Assembly: GCA_029717555.1 (NCBI GenBank)
Contig: JAMDHS010000014.1
Coordinates: 248,001 to 312,000 of the forward strand
Origin: Peribolospora baueri
Lineage: Eukaryota
Length of the DNA: 64,000 bases
Reading direction: 5' to 3'
The notes beneath the pieces are model-generated. The model had not been told where the DNA came from and ran no database searches. It worked only from the letters and a program-made list of their open reading frames with translations. Positions 1-12,380 of this stretch are shown piece by piece (within the stretch, counting starts at the first letter, position 1; each line of letters begins with the position of its first letter). The translations under genes and the position numbers were made by a program.

Positions 1-120
1 TGGTCCTTGTTACATACTTTTTGGGCCAAAGGCAAATCGCCGTGGCTTCTCCGTGCCGTAGTCATACATTGACGCCAAAGTTCGAGTCCATAAGGAGGCA
101 GAGCGAGCACACGAGGGCGC

Positions 121-906
121 TTACTCCTCGTCGGCTTCCTCGTCAGCGTCGAAGTTGACGTTGAAGAACCGGATCTCGTAACCCTGCTTCGAGGTGGCAA
201 CGACGCGAAGCCAGTCGCGGAGCTGAGAGCGTCGGAGGTACTTCTTGGAGAGGTACTGTGAACGACAGGCGATCGAACAGGTGCAAGCAAGAAGCGAAGC
301 AGAAAAACGTAGGAATGGAGAAGCGAAGAAGAGTCACCGTCAGCTGCCTGATCCCTGAGCTGTGCCTCTCGCACAATGCAGCTGAAATGACGTTCCCCAT
401 GAGCCCTTCGAACGCACCTTGAGGTACCTCTTGGAGAAGGGGATGTTGGTGGTGACGGTGATCTTGCCTTCACCCTCGCGGGTGATCACCACACTGTCAC
501 CAAGGTTGCCAGCTCGGCCCTCCACCTTAATGCGGTCGTGCAGGAACCTGACGATTTCCAAGTCGGACAGAGGGGAAAAAGCGGTGAGAGAATGCCAAGC
601 TGAAAAAAAATACGATGCGGCGTCGATCCCTGCGCCATGCTCACTTCTCGAACGACGCCGCATCAAGGATCTTGTCGTTGGCGGGGCCGCTGAAGTCGAT
701 GGTGTACTTGCTGACCGGCTTGGCGGTCTTCTGAGCAGCCTTGGGAGCCTGTCATCGTCCCGTCAGGGCAGGCAAATGCCGATCCAAGGACGATACGTGG
801 AATGGAAAAACATGGGCAAACCTGTGCGTCAGCCTACTGATTTCCAGCAAAGCGGTTCGACGCATTCGCCCCACTCGGCGGTAGGAAGGGTTTGCTAGCG
901 CACCAT
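121..906 (-). CDS. RPL22: 60S ribosomal protein L22 (eL22), 4 exons
   Basis: Spliced translation [52 protein letters not shown]...[29 protein letters not shown]...[14 protein letters not shown]. First coding exon is only the ATG (906-904) followed by a GTGCGC donor; TAA at 123-121. Confidence 0.95.
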
Positions 907-1198
907 TGCGACGTGAGAGGGTGGGCGACGGGGTAGTCTTGATGAAGTGAGGATTACTGAGGAAGGACACGGCCGCGTCCTGCTGTCGAGAATCAGAGCG
1001 ATTGGATTGTTCGGCTGTCACGTGCAAAAATACCAGCAGTAGGGTTGCTAAATTCTATACAGTCCGTGTCTTGGGATTAGCCCCGTCTATCACCGCTCTT
1101 TCCTCCGCCCTCCCGTCCTTCGCGGCCTTGTCGCTTGGTTGCACCGACGTCAGACCGTCGCCCTCCATCCTCATTCCCTCAAGAGTGCATCGCCCAGC
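907..1198. promoter_or_regulatory. Probable bidirectional promoter shared by RPL22 and RPS19
   Basis: Only ~290 nt separate the two divergent ATGs. Confidence 0.6.
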
Positions 1199-2186
1199 AT
1201 GCCTAACGTCAAGGACGTCGCCGCCGACACGTTTATCACCGCGTACGCCAACCACCTCAAGAGGTCTGGTGCGTAGCGTGCTCCTTCCTTTCCATCTCGG
1301 TTGAGCTCGTTTGCGCTCCAAGCTGTGCCATGCGTGTTTTGTGCATCCGCCGCCGAAGGACTGCATAGACTGACACTTGACCTTTCTTCACCGGGCTTTC
1401 TCGCGCGTCCTCGTCTTCTCCTTTGCAGGCAAGCTTGAGGTGCCTACCTGGGTGGACATCGTCAAGACGGGCCACTTCAAGGAGCTTGCTCCCTACGACC
1501 CCGACTGGTACTACGTCCGGGCTGGTGAGCATTTCTTCAGGCCGTCTTCTTTTTCATTCCAGGTTTCTGTCGCTTCTTTGCAGCGGTCGTGGTGTGGGGA
1601 TGGGATGGAGGCCATACAATTGGACGGCTGGTTGGTCAACTGTGCGCGGGCAAGATGGTGGTGCGCATGATGCCATACCTGTGCAGGGTCGCAGCGAAGT
1701 TGGTTTTCATGGCCTCAGTGGTTACTCCGACGTAGCTGCGAGCTTGCACTCCCTCTCCAGGAGGCGAGCATAGTCGAGGAGAGAGGGGAACAAGCTCAGG
1801 CCCATCGTTGGAAGGAATGTCACTTCGTGTATGGAAACATGACAGCTGACCGCTTTACTCCATCATCCATATTTATTCCTTCTCTTTCAGCCGCCGTTGC
1901 CCGCCACATCTACCTGCGCAAGGCCGTCGGTGTTGGCGCTCTCGCTAAACTCCACGGTGGCGCCAAGAACCGTGGCTCTCGCCCGTCCCACCACGTTGAC
2001 GCCTCCCGCGCCGTCCAGCGCCGGGTTGTGCAGAGCCTCGAGGGCATCAATGTTTTGGAGAAGGACCCCAAGGGCGGTCGCCGTATTTCGCAGGACGGCA
2101 TGCGTGACCTTGACCGGATCGCGACGGCCATCCTCGAGTCCCAGGCTGAGGAGGAAGAAGAGGAGGAGGACGAGGATGAGGAGTAG
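1199..2186 (+). CDS. RPS19: 40S ribosomal protein S19 (eS19), 3 exons
   Basis: [24 protein letters not shown] / [31 protein letters not shown] / [16 protein letters not shown]...[16 protein letters not shown]; acidic tail. Confidence 0.96.
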
Positions 2187-2638
2187 ACGCTTCGGTTCAC
2201 TTCCTCTTCTTTTCGCCTATTTCTTTCTGTCTTTCCTCTCTTCGCCCACTTCCCTCTCCTGCATTGGCTTCGGCCGTCGGCAGCCCACACCGCACGCCCC
2301 CATGCCTCTCCTTGGCTTGGCCTGGCCCACGCCGGCCTGAGCTAGCCTCGTCGAGTTCTCTTATAGGTCACCATGTATGAGTTAGCCCCGCCTGCCGCAT
2401 CACCCAAAAAAGATTCATACTCTTACATGCATGGACCGTACGAGGCCGATTACTGTCTTGTGCGGCGATGGTCTTGTGCTCCATCGCCGCATGCTCGACG
2501 TGGCCAGTTTCACTGCGGCGGATGTAAGCGGTCTCGTGAACTGAGTGACCGCAGTATTTCGACCACTCCTTGAGAGTATGGACTAGAGAGATGAAAGAAG
2601 CCCTCACCTAGCCCTGCAAAGGTGGTATCCTATACGAC

Positions 2639-5379
2639 ATGTCCCACGGGCAATTCGACGACGCTCCTTCCGACGATGAAGCTAAGCTCGTCCTCGAAGC
2701 TGAGCCGGTCTTCATCGCCCCGGCTTTTTCGACGAGCTGCTCGGCCCAGCAAGCGGACGACGCAGTGGAAGTTCCAGACTATGCACAAGGTCGACAGCCG
2801 GGGCGATACATTGACGACAGCGAAGAGGAACCGGAGGACGAGGATGTTGAAGACGAGTTTTGGAACGACGAGGAAGATGCGGACGAGCTGATCGAGAGAG
2901 ACGGGCTGGACGGGGTGGAGGGTGGCGATTGGGAGCACATGCGTGGTGGTGAGTTGGAGATGAGGGAGAGAGGCTTGTCTTCTCAGTCTCTTAACCCTCA
3001 TTTGGCTTCTTCTGTCCTCTCGTTGTTTGATTTCATATTCCCCCTTGTGTCGTCCTTTCTATTCCACCCCCAGACTTCACGAAACAGTTCAACCGCCAGC
3101 GCGCCCTGGCCTCCGCCACGGACGCCGCTACGCTTGCTTCCCCGCGAGTGCGAGGAAACCCTACTGCCGCGGCCTCTTCGTCTGCCTCGACGTCGCAAAG
3201 ACAGGCACAAGGAATTATGCTGCCTCCATTGAATAACCCTCTCCGTCCGCAGCAGGCGAAGGTAAAGGCGAAGCGACTGGTCGGCGCAGGGGATCCATCC
3301 GGCGCCGCATCGGCGACCCAAAACGCCGGCGAAAAAGACAAGTACGAGAACCAGCTGGCCGCGCTGGCCAAGTACGCCTCCCGACTCAAGCTCGATGGAG
3401 ACTGGCATTCGTCAGGAGGCGTGGGCGGGGGCGTGAGCAGGAAAACGGGTGGTGGGACAGATCACCGGGGTCACACGAAAGACAAGGCGGACAGGGCGAC
3501 GACGGAGCAAGTGCTGGATCCGCGGACGAGGCTGATATTGCTCAAGATGATCAACCGAGGGATGTTATATGAAATCAACGGATGCGTGAGCACCGGGAAG
3601 GAGGTGAGTGAGCATACCGAATCGTCATTGGTTACGCCATCGCTGCGCAATCTTGCCATAAGTTCATGTGTGTAACGATAACCTTTTCTATGTGATCATG
3701 TCTATCTTCCTAGGCCAATGTGTATCACGCCTTCACCCTAGACTCGACCCACCTGGCACTGAAAATCTACAAGACCTCGATCCTCGTCTTCAAAGATCGG
3801 GACCGTTACGTTACGGGCGAGTTCCGCTTTCGACACGGCTACGCGAGAAGAAATCCTCGCAAGATGGTCAAGCTCTGGGCAGAGAAGGAGATGCGCAATC
3901 TCAAGAGGCTGGCCGCCGCCGGTGTTCGGTGTCCCGAGCCTTTGGAGGTGCGGGAGAACGTGCTTGTCATGGGATTTTTGGGCGACGTCGACGGATGGTG
4001 AGTCAACCGTTCTATAGAATAGGTTTGCGCTCGGCTGAAATCGCTTACATTACATCACGTTATATCGTTCGCTGTAATAGGGCGTCCCCTCGTTTGAAAG
4101 ACGCAGCGATCCCGACAAGAGGCTACCCTTCGCTTTATCTGGAGCTCGTCGCAGCCATGCGCATACTTTACCAGGTCTGCCGACTCGTGCACGCCGACTT
4201 GAGCGAGTACAACATTTTGTAAGTCTGGTGTGAAAGCGTTGTCCAGCCGAGGATGCGCTCACGTTGGTGCTCCGGTGTTTTGCCCCATCTCCCTCTTGCT
4301 CCTCTCCCTAAAGATACCATCGTTCGCACCTCTACATCATCGACGTATCCCAGTCCGTAGAACACGATCACCCAGCCGCGTTTGACTTTCTCCGTTCAGA
4401 CATCAAGAACGTGGACGACTATTTCTCGAAGAGGCGAGTGGAGACGCTTGGCATGCGCAGGACGTTCGATTTCATCATCCAAGATCGCAGCAGGGACGGC
4501 GAGGAGACTATGGATAAACTTGTCGAGCGGGTCAAGGAGTACACCGCAAAGAAAGCACAGGAGGAAGCGGCCGAGAAGGAGGCCGAGCGGGTCACCGACG
4601 GGCAAGGGGGATCTTCATCAAAGCCGGCTTCGTCGACGAGCAAGGATTCGAGTCACACTGCTGCGACGACGTCAGTAGCAGCATTGCGACATGCCGTGGG
4701 CGATGACGACGCCGTCTTTGCTAAAGCCTACATCCCACGAACGCTCAACGAGGTGTACGACCCGGAGCGGGACGTGGAAAGGCTGAGACGCGGAGAGGGA
4801 GATCAACTCATATACAATAATGTTACCGGCATCGCGGAGGCCAATCGAGGCCGGGATGCGAGGCTCAGGGCAAATGGGGCCACGGACGACGAGCCAAGGC
4901 CTGCTTCCTTGGTCCCGTCGTCCACCAATACCGACTCTCGGAAAGATGGCGACACGAATAAAGAGCTGGGTGCGGGCAATGAACAGGACACTGGTCACGG
5001 TCAGGAGCAAAGCGGGGAGGATGAAGAAGAGGGACAGAGTGAGGACGACGATGAAGAGGAAAGCGGATCGGAAGACGAAGGAGATGGAAAGGGTGGTGCC
5101 CGGGTGGAGAAGACACCACGTGGGAAGCGACATGAGAGCAAGGAGGAAAAGAAGGTGAGCGAGCTGAATGGTTCAGTAACTTTCACCCATTTGTCCCTTT
5201 TTTCTTTCCTTCCTGGAGAACGACTCTGAGGTCTCGATCCCATCCGTCCTTCCATCTTCCCAATCCTCTCTGTCACGCAGGAGCGAAAAGCAAAAGTGAA
5301 GGAGGAAGCACGGGAGAAGCGCAAATCCAAGATGCCGAAGCACCTGAAGAAGCGCAAGGTGAAGGCCACCGCGCGATAA
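2639..5379 (+). CDS. RIO1: RIO1 atypical Ser/Thr kinase (40S maturation), multi-exon
   Basis: Motifs [30 protein letters not shown], [61 protein letters not shown]; basic C-terminus [15 protein letters not shown] at 5377-5379. Confidence 0.95.
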
Positions 5380-5561
5380 GTGGACCTCATAACAGGTCGA
5401 ACCGGTCGGGTCGTCCTCTTTTCGTTCCGTCTTCTCTGTGTTGTTTTGTTCCCTTTTCCGGCCTCATCGGTGTTCTATGCATTTCCCTTCCCGTATCCTC
5501 AATATGCAATCCTGGAGATTTTGTATAGCCCTTTCTAAATACTCCAGAGTGCAAAGGCCGC

Positions 5562-8323
5562 TCAGAGGTCGGTGACGCATCTGCGAAATCACACGGACAA
5601 GGGAAACAAGACAAAAAGCACGAAACAATTTGAGTCGATCGAAAGACATTGAGCAGGCCCAGATCTAATAATGCAGAAGACTCACCCATGAGAAGCATCT
5701 GGTTGAGAGTAAGGGGAAGCAAGACGGAAGAGGCGTCAGTGAAATGAGTGCCGGCCATGCGCTGGGAGGAGGATGAACTTGCCAAACTGACGACTCACCG
5801 GAGACGTTCTTAATGTATTTGAACAGCGTGCCCTGCTTGACCTTCGGCTCGGGCGCCTTCCATTCCTTCCTGCGCCTCTCCAACTCGGCTTCGTCCACGT
5901 CGACCTCGATCGTGTTCTTCACGGCATCAATCGAGATCACGTCACCGTCTTTCACCAACGCGATCGGACCGCCCACTTGGGCTTCTGGGACGACGTGGCC
6001 AACCACGAAGCCGTGAGAGCTTATGGATTCGCGGTAGAGGAAGAAACACAGCCAGAAGCAATGACCATGAATCAGCGAAGAGCACAAAAACGACTCTATG
6101 AGACAGACTGGCTCACCCTCCGGAGAACCTCCCATCGGTCAAACAAGCTACGTCCTGACCGAGACCAGCGCCCATGATGAGGCTGGTAGGCTTAAGCATC
6201 TCCGGCATGCCGGGACCGCCCTTAGGCCCCATGTACCTGAGCACCATGACAGTCTTCTCTCCCTTCTTCAGCTCTCCCTTTTCTACCGCTGCCACCAAGT
6301 CGTCCTCAGTGTCGAACGCACGGGCCTTGCCTTTGAATTGGAGGCCCTCTTTGCCTGTGATCTTCGAGACAGCGCCGCCTGGAGCGAGGTTGCCCTTAAG
6401 AATGCTAAACGACGGCGCCAAGATGAGAGAACGTCAGCTTCCGGCGAAATATGACTCGACCGAGGGCTTTTGATTCAGTCTGTCACAATGATTGAGCACC
6501 TGGGCGCTCAGCTCACCGGATATGGCCCGTCTCCTTGATCGGGTTGTTCAAAGGCCGAATCACATCCTGGCTCTTGGAGTTGAGCTCGCCATGCTCGTGG
6601 ACCCACCGATCCAGGTTCTCGCCCAGCGTCTTGCCTGTGACGGTGAGCGTGTCTCCAGTGACCATCTTTTCCTTCATCAGGTAGTGCAAGATGGCTGAAG
6701 TAGAGCGCACAGATGAACATAGACTCAGTGCCGTCAACTTTGAGCAGCACCATGGGCCGGGCTGATCGGCCATCAGGCGTTCTAAGGCGCGAGCAACTCA
6801 CAGGGAATGCCGCCGAGCTTGTGCACATCCTCCATGACGTATTTACCAGACGGCTTGAGGTCGGCGAGGAAGGGCGTCCGATCCGAGACGGCCTGGAAGT
6901 CGTCGATGGAGAGCTCGATGCCGACGCTGCGCGCGATGGCGATGAGGTGCAGAACCGCATTGGTGGAGCCGCCCAGAACCATCGTGAGCACCTGCGGAGA
7001 AGTGGGGATGGCAAAGAAGAAATCGTCGGATCGTTGATCAGAGGATGTGAAGCCTCAGTCCTTGTACGTATATGCTCGCTTACCATGGCATTTTCGAAGG
7101 CCTCCCTGGTCATGATATCCCTGGGCCGGATGTTCTTCTCCAGCAGGTTGCGCATCGCCTCACCCACAGACTCGCATTCCTTGTTCTTCTCGGGGTACTC
7201 GGCCGGGTATGATGACGACCCAGGCAGAGTCATGCCGAGAGCCTCGGAGGCGGATGCCATGGTGTTGGCAGCTTGGAAAAGGGACGCAAACTTTAAGCAA
7301 GGTGCCGAGAAGGTTCTTATAGGTTGTCAATGAAAAGGGGGACATCACTCACTGTACATGCCGCCGCAAGCGCCCGCCCCGGGACAAGCGTGCCGAATGG
7401 TATCCGCTCGCTCCTTCTCCGCCTGCTCCGTCTGACCGTCCTGAATGTACTTTCCATATGCCTGGAAAGCGCTGACGATGTCGAGCGTACCGGGCACGGA
7501 TGCGCAGGAACCCGGGCGGATCGTACCTCCATAGACCATGAGGCCTGGCCTATTGAGCCTACCGAGCGCCATGAGTACACCGGGCATGTTCTTGTCGCAC
7601 CCAGGAACAACGACCATGCCATCGAGCCAGTGTCCTCCAGCAGCAGATTCGACGCTATCGGCGATGAGGTCGCGGGAGGGGAGCGAGTAGGACATGGCAG
7701 AGGTGCCCATGGAGATGCCGTCCGAGACGCCTACAGTGCCGAACTGGTAGCCGATCAGGCCCGACTTGACGAGCGACGCCTTAATTTTCTGGCCTATGCC
7801 AAGGAGATGGCGGTTGCATCTACAGAGAGATGCGAATGATGTAATGAGCATGAGCAGAGCCGCCGCTTCCTCAACACGCTCCAGCGCGCGAGACTTGAGA
7901 CTTACGGGTTCCCTTCATACCTAACCATTGCAAAAACAAGAAAGTAAGAAGTTGATGAGAGGCCCAATCCTACACGCTATCTGACATGTAGACAGCATAC
8001 AGCGAAAGCAAGCGGTCGATAGTGCACAAGTGTTCTTACCAGACGCTAGCGACGCCTACCATCGCCTTCTGCAGGTCCTCCTCGCTTCCCACGCCCTCCG
8101 TGGCATACAGCATGGCCTGGGAGGCACCCTGGTCCTTAGGTTGGGTGATCTTTCGACTGTGCCTGTTCAGGCCGGGCCCCTGCTCGCCTTCAAAGCCCCA
8201 TCCCGAGCTCGTCTTGGCGTAGGAGGATGAGGCGGTGGTAGAGAAGGTCCTGAGGCGGCTGACCGTCGGCACGGAGATGCGCCGGGGTCCGCAGAAGCGG
8301 GCAGAGAGAAGAGCGGTTCTCAT
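5562..8323 (-). CDS. ILV3: Dihydroxy-acid dehydratase, mitochondrial, multi-exon
   Basis: Arg/Ser-rich transit peptide; [88 protein letters not shown]; ends DASHGCVTDL*. Confidence 0.96.
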
Positions 8324-8706
8324 GCTGATAGAGACAGAGAGAAGCGGAGAGAAAGAAAAGCGAGGTGGTGGAAGGAAGGAAGGAGTTTCAAGCCGTGATC
8401 GAGTCAAGGCCGGGCCGGGGTACGGAAGGTCTTCGGAATTGCACCCTTTCATTGGCTCTCGCCGCAGCACAGCTTTCTTCTTGACCGGGACGTCTCCCGG
8501 CAAGGCTCTCGACGTCGGCAGCAATACACCATCGGCACCATGAACCCTCACTCCGCCCCCATTCTAGGACTGGTAAATGACGCCTCAACCACGCGTCGAA
8601 GAAAAAAAAGTCTACGAAATCGGGGTGATACCTCCACATATGAATACGTCGTGAGAAAGCAGAAGGCGAGGAGGAGTGATGTGACGACCGAAAAAGGAAT
8701 AGGCCA

Positions 8707-11560
8707 TCACTGGCTTCCTGTCTCTTCGTCTACCGGCTTGACGTGAGCACAGGCGGCTTCAACACCCTCCTTGTTCTTAAAGCTAGGTGGCGGATCCAGC
8801 TCGCTGCCGGTGTTTCCAACACCCAGGCTGAGGCGATGCTCACTGTCACCCAACTCTTCAGGCTCCCAGTGCAGGTCCTCGTGCCAACCAGAGGTCAACC
8901 GACCAGGAGGAGGGAAGACAAGACAGATAAGCCAGTAGCATAGGAAGCTCACTCCAAAGCCCGTAAAGAAGGCCAAGGTGTAGATATGGGTGGCAGCGAT
9001 GGGCACCGTCCGCCCCACTGCTCCGGCGAAGCCGACGACCTGCGATGGGATAGCAGCACTCCTGTGAGCACATCGCACAGGCGAGGAAGCATACGAGAGC
9101 GAGATGCCTTCCAGGCCTGCCCAGCTCACGTTGATGAGGATGCCGGCGATATAAGCAGCAAATGCGCGGAGGTTGAAGCCGTAAGTGAAGAAGTACGGCC
9201 GGTTGGAGGAGAGCGAGTAGAGCGAGGGGACGTCTAAGAACCCTCGACAGACAATGTAGTAATCGGCGACCATGACGCCAGCGATGGAAGAAAGGAAGAC
9301 GGAGTAGGCGTTCAGGTAGGTCGTAAAATTGTTTGAGCTGGACAAGAGGTTCCAAGGGCACATGCAGAGGCCTACGATGGCGGCTACATAACCCCCGCGT
9401 CGGATAGTGATGAAGCGAGGGAATATGGCTGTCAGGTCTGAGCCAGCTGAGATGCTGTTGGCGGTTATGTTTGTGCCTGCCAAGAATCACGCGGAGATAC
9501 ATGTTCCAATGCATATGTCAGAACGATAGTGGCCTGCAATTTGCCCTCCCAAGCCTTGGTACTCACCCAGCGTGGCGAGCGCGAATGCGAGCGAAATGAA
9601 GAAGACACCTGCGCGGGTCTTGGATCCGTAAGGATCTAGGTCGAGCCTCCGGCCGAGGATGTCCAACGGGTTCCACAACGTCTCTCCATACAAGACCGTC
9701 GCGGACGAGGCGACGATTATGCCTGTTCTCGAGCGGGGTAATGGGGAAGCAACCAAGTTTGAAAACCCATTCGTCGGCAAGCACAGACGAAAAGACGCGT
9801 GTCATATGAAACGCAAGCTCACCGAAGAAAGCAGTCATCCCGAAAAGAACGGGAATACCGATGATCTGTGACAAGATTGGGTCGTTGGGCTTGCGCGAGA
9901 AACGCGTAAAGTCTGGTAGTCAGAGAAGACAGCATTAACGGACATCGGATGAGCAAGAACGTCTTCCACTATGTCGCAAGAACGTGCTCACCAGGCGTGT
10001 TCACAACCAGCGTGATCCAGTTGGAGATGCAAGCGCTGACGCTGACCATGAACGTCCAGCCGAGGTCGGACCCGTGGATCGAGGCGGGCTGATGGATGAT
10101 GGGACCGATGCCGTGTGCGTCGGCAATAGACCTACGAATGGTGCGTTGTGGACGGTTAATCATCGTAGAAGGTGAGAAAGAGACGGAGGGACCTCAAAAG
10201 CAAGGAATGCCACCCACCAGGCAAAGAAAGCAATTCCTGCAATAGGAACGACGATCGATTTGACGGTGAACAAGTGCCTGTTGATGTTGTGAATTTGTGA
10301 GTGAGTCCATACGTGGGAAGACATGCATAAGGAAACCACGGAGAGTCCCACATCTCACCTCAACTTCTCCACAGGCGGCCAAATAGCGGGCAAACTGAAG
10401 AGCCAGAAGAAGAAGAAAGACAGGAAGTCGCGCGTGTTCGTGCCAGACGAGGCAGGCATGGAATTGTGCAGATGAGCGTAGCTGGGCCAGATGGAGCGGA
10501 TGGCAAGGGTGAGGCATTGGCCGCCGAGCCATGTCTAAGTGGGAGGGTGGAATGAAAAGGAAATGAGTTGTTAGGAGGTCAGCTCAAACAGTAATGGACG
10601 GCTCCATACATGCAACAGTGCTCGCTCACTTGAACGCCGTACCTGCAAGAAACGTAAACGGAACAACCGTCAACCTGGCCAGTCGTCAACCCTGCTCCAT
10701 CGTCTCCCACCGAACACAGGCCCTCTCGTCTCGCAAGCTTTTTTTTCTACACTCACCAGATGCAAGCCATGACAGCGCGATTAAGGACGGGCCAAAGACC
10801 TCCCCAGACGCCGAAGCTGGAGCGGACGTGGACGGGAAGCCCAATGTGCCATACTGCCGCTGCTCGACCGTTGAGGACTACGCCAATGGCTACGACGCCG
10901 TAACCGAACCTAAGACGGCGATGAACTGACTGAGCTCACATGATATCGGTATCTAGATCCTCGGGAGATAAGGCGAGAAGCCAGAAGGAGAGGGAAAAGC
11001 TCACCACACTGCCAGCCAAGCTTGCCACCAAGACTGTGGTTCAGCCGATGCGAAATGTACGCAGCACTCGACCCCTGTCAGCCACGATTTGATCTTCATC
11101 TCAGCGGGCGACGGTTGAACGTCGACAGCTCACCAGGCCGCTCTGAATCATAGTACTGCAGATGATCCATGTCGTGACTGGTGAATGGGAGGACCAGGGA
11201 TGGAGCTCGAGTGAGCGACAAAGAGAGAGGAGAGAAGCGCTGCCATAGCTAGAGGGATGTAGAGGCGTGGGTATCGCCGGAAAGAAGGACAGATGCTCAC
11301 TGTTGATGCTGTCAAAAGTGTTATGGAAGTAGAAACACAGACAGGCGAGTGAGCAGGACAGGGCATTATTGCATACGAGGAAAGGAAAGGGACACGCACG
11401 AATCGGCGACCCAAAGTCCAACGAAATTCCAAGGCCCCCACTTCCTTCTGGCCCTTTCGACGGGCTTGAGGTCCGGGTTGACGAGGAGGCGCTGTTTGGA
11501 AGTGTAGCCCACGCGGGGCACGGAGAGGAGGGAGACAATTTGGGAAACAAGGGCGGACAT
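8707..11560 (-). CDS. NCS1-family (Fur4/Dal4-like) nucleobase/allantoin permease, many exons
   Basis: [90 protein letters not shown]. Substrate cannot be assigned. Confidence 0.9.
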
Positions 11561-12380
11561 TGCGGTTGACCGGCCGGCTCAGTGGAAGCGGGTTCCAGAG
11601 AAGAGGCTTGACGACGCAGTGCGATTTATGACAGAGAGGGGCTCGACGGTCACTGGGAGGCAGAAGTGGGGTTCGGGAATGGGTGCTTGTCTTTAGAGAA
11701 GGGGGGTGATCTTCTTGGTCAGCTTGTCCAGACTGAACCTGAATGAACTGAGGTCTGACCGCCCTCTCTTCGTCGTCCGTCCCCCGCCACTGGGGTGGAG
11801 CGTTCTTATCGCGATAAGGCCAGGAAAGATAAGCCGCCGGCCGCGTCTGGGCAAGCAGCGGCAGCATCTTTTCTCGTGTGACCAGACCTACACAGCGACA
11901 ATTGACCGACTACTATACTCGACTTGGGTCGGTCTCACTCCAAGCAGCCGAAAAAATTGATTTACGGACTAGGGACGGACGATTGTGCTAGTCGGGAATG
12001 CAGCGTCATACGTTACATTGCGAGAGGAAGGCAGCGGCCCAAGACGGAGACAGGAGCAGGGATGGCGGGTAAAAATGGTTCTATATCAGCGGGGGTACGG
12101 GTAATTACCTAGGCATGCCTCGGCTTTTCAGCGACGATGGTAAGGCTTTCTGATCCGACTGAGTCGGTCGAACAGGACTCCGACCATGAGCGCGGTCGTT
12201 GTTGAGAAAGTAGACGAGGCAAAGAGACGCCAAAGAGGTCAAGGAAGCGGGTAACGATACGAGAAGAATCGAGACAACCATCATCGGGCTGCCAGGCGCA
12301 AACGAAGCAAGAAACGAAAGAAAAGGATGGCGCTCGTTGAATCGCCAAATCCATGAGAAAATCCATCCCGTCCTCCGAAA

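Noticed and set aside
1525..1890. Long RPS19 intron as a possible snoRNA host
   Set aside because: Only an imperfect box C (ATGATGC), no suitably placed CTGA other than the branch point, and no recognisable rRNA guide.
8707..12100. TPP riboswitch at the NCS1 permease
   Set aside because: No recognisable TPP aptamer core was seen in the introns or leader.
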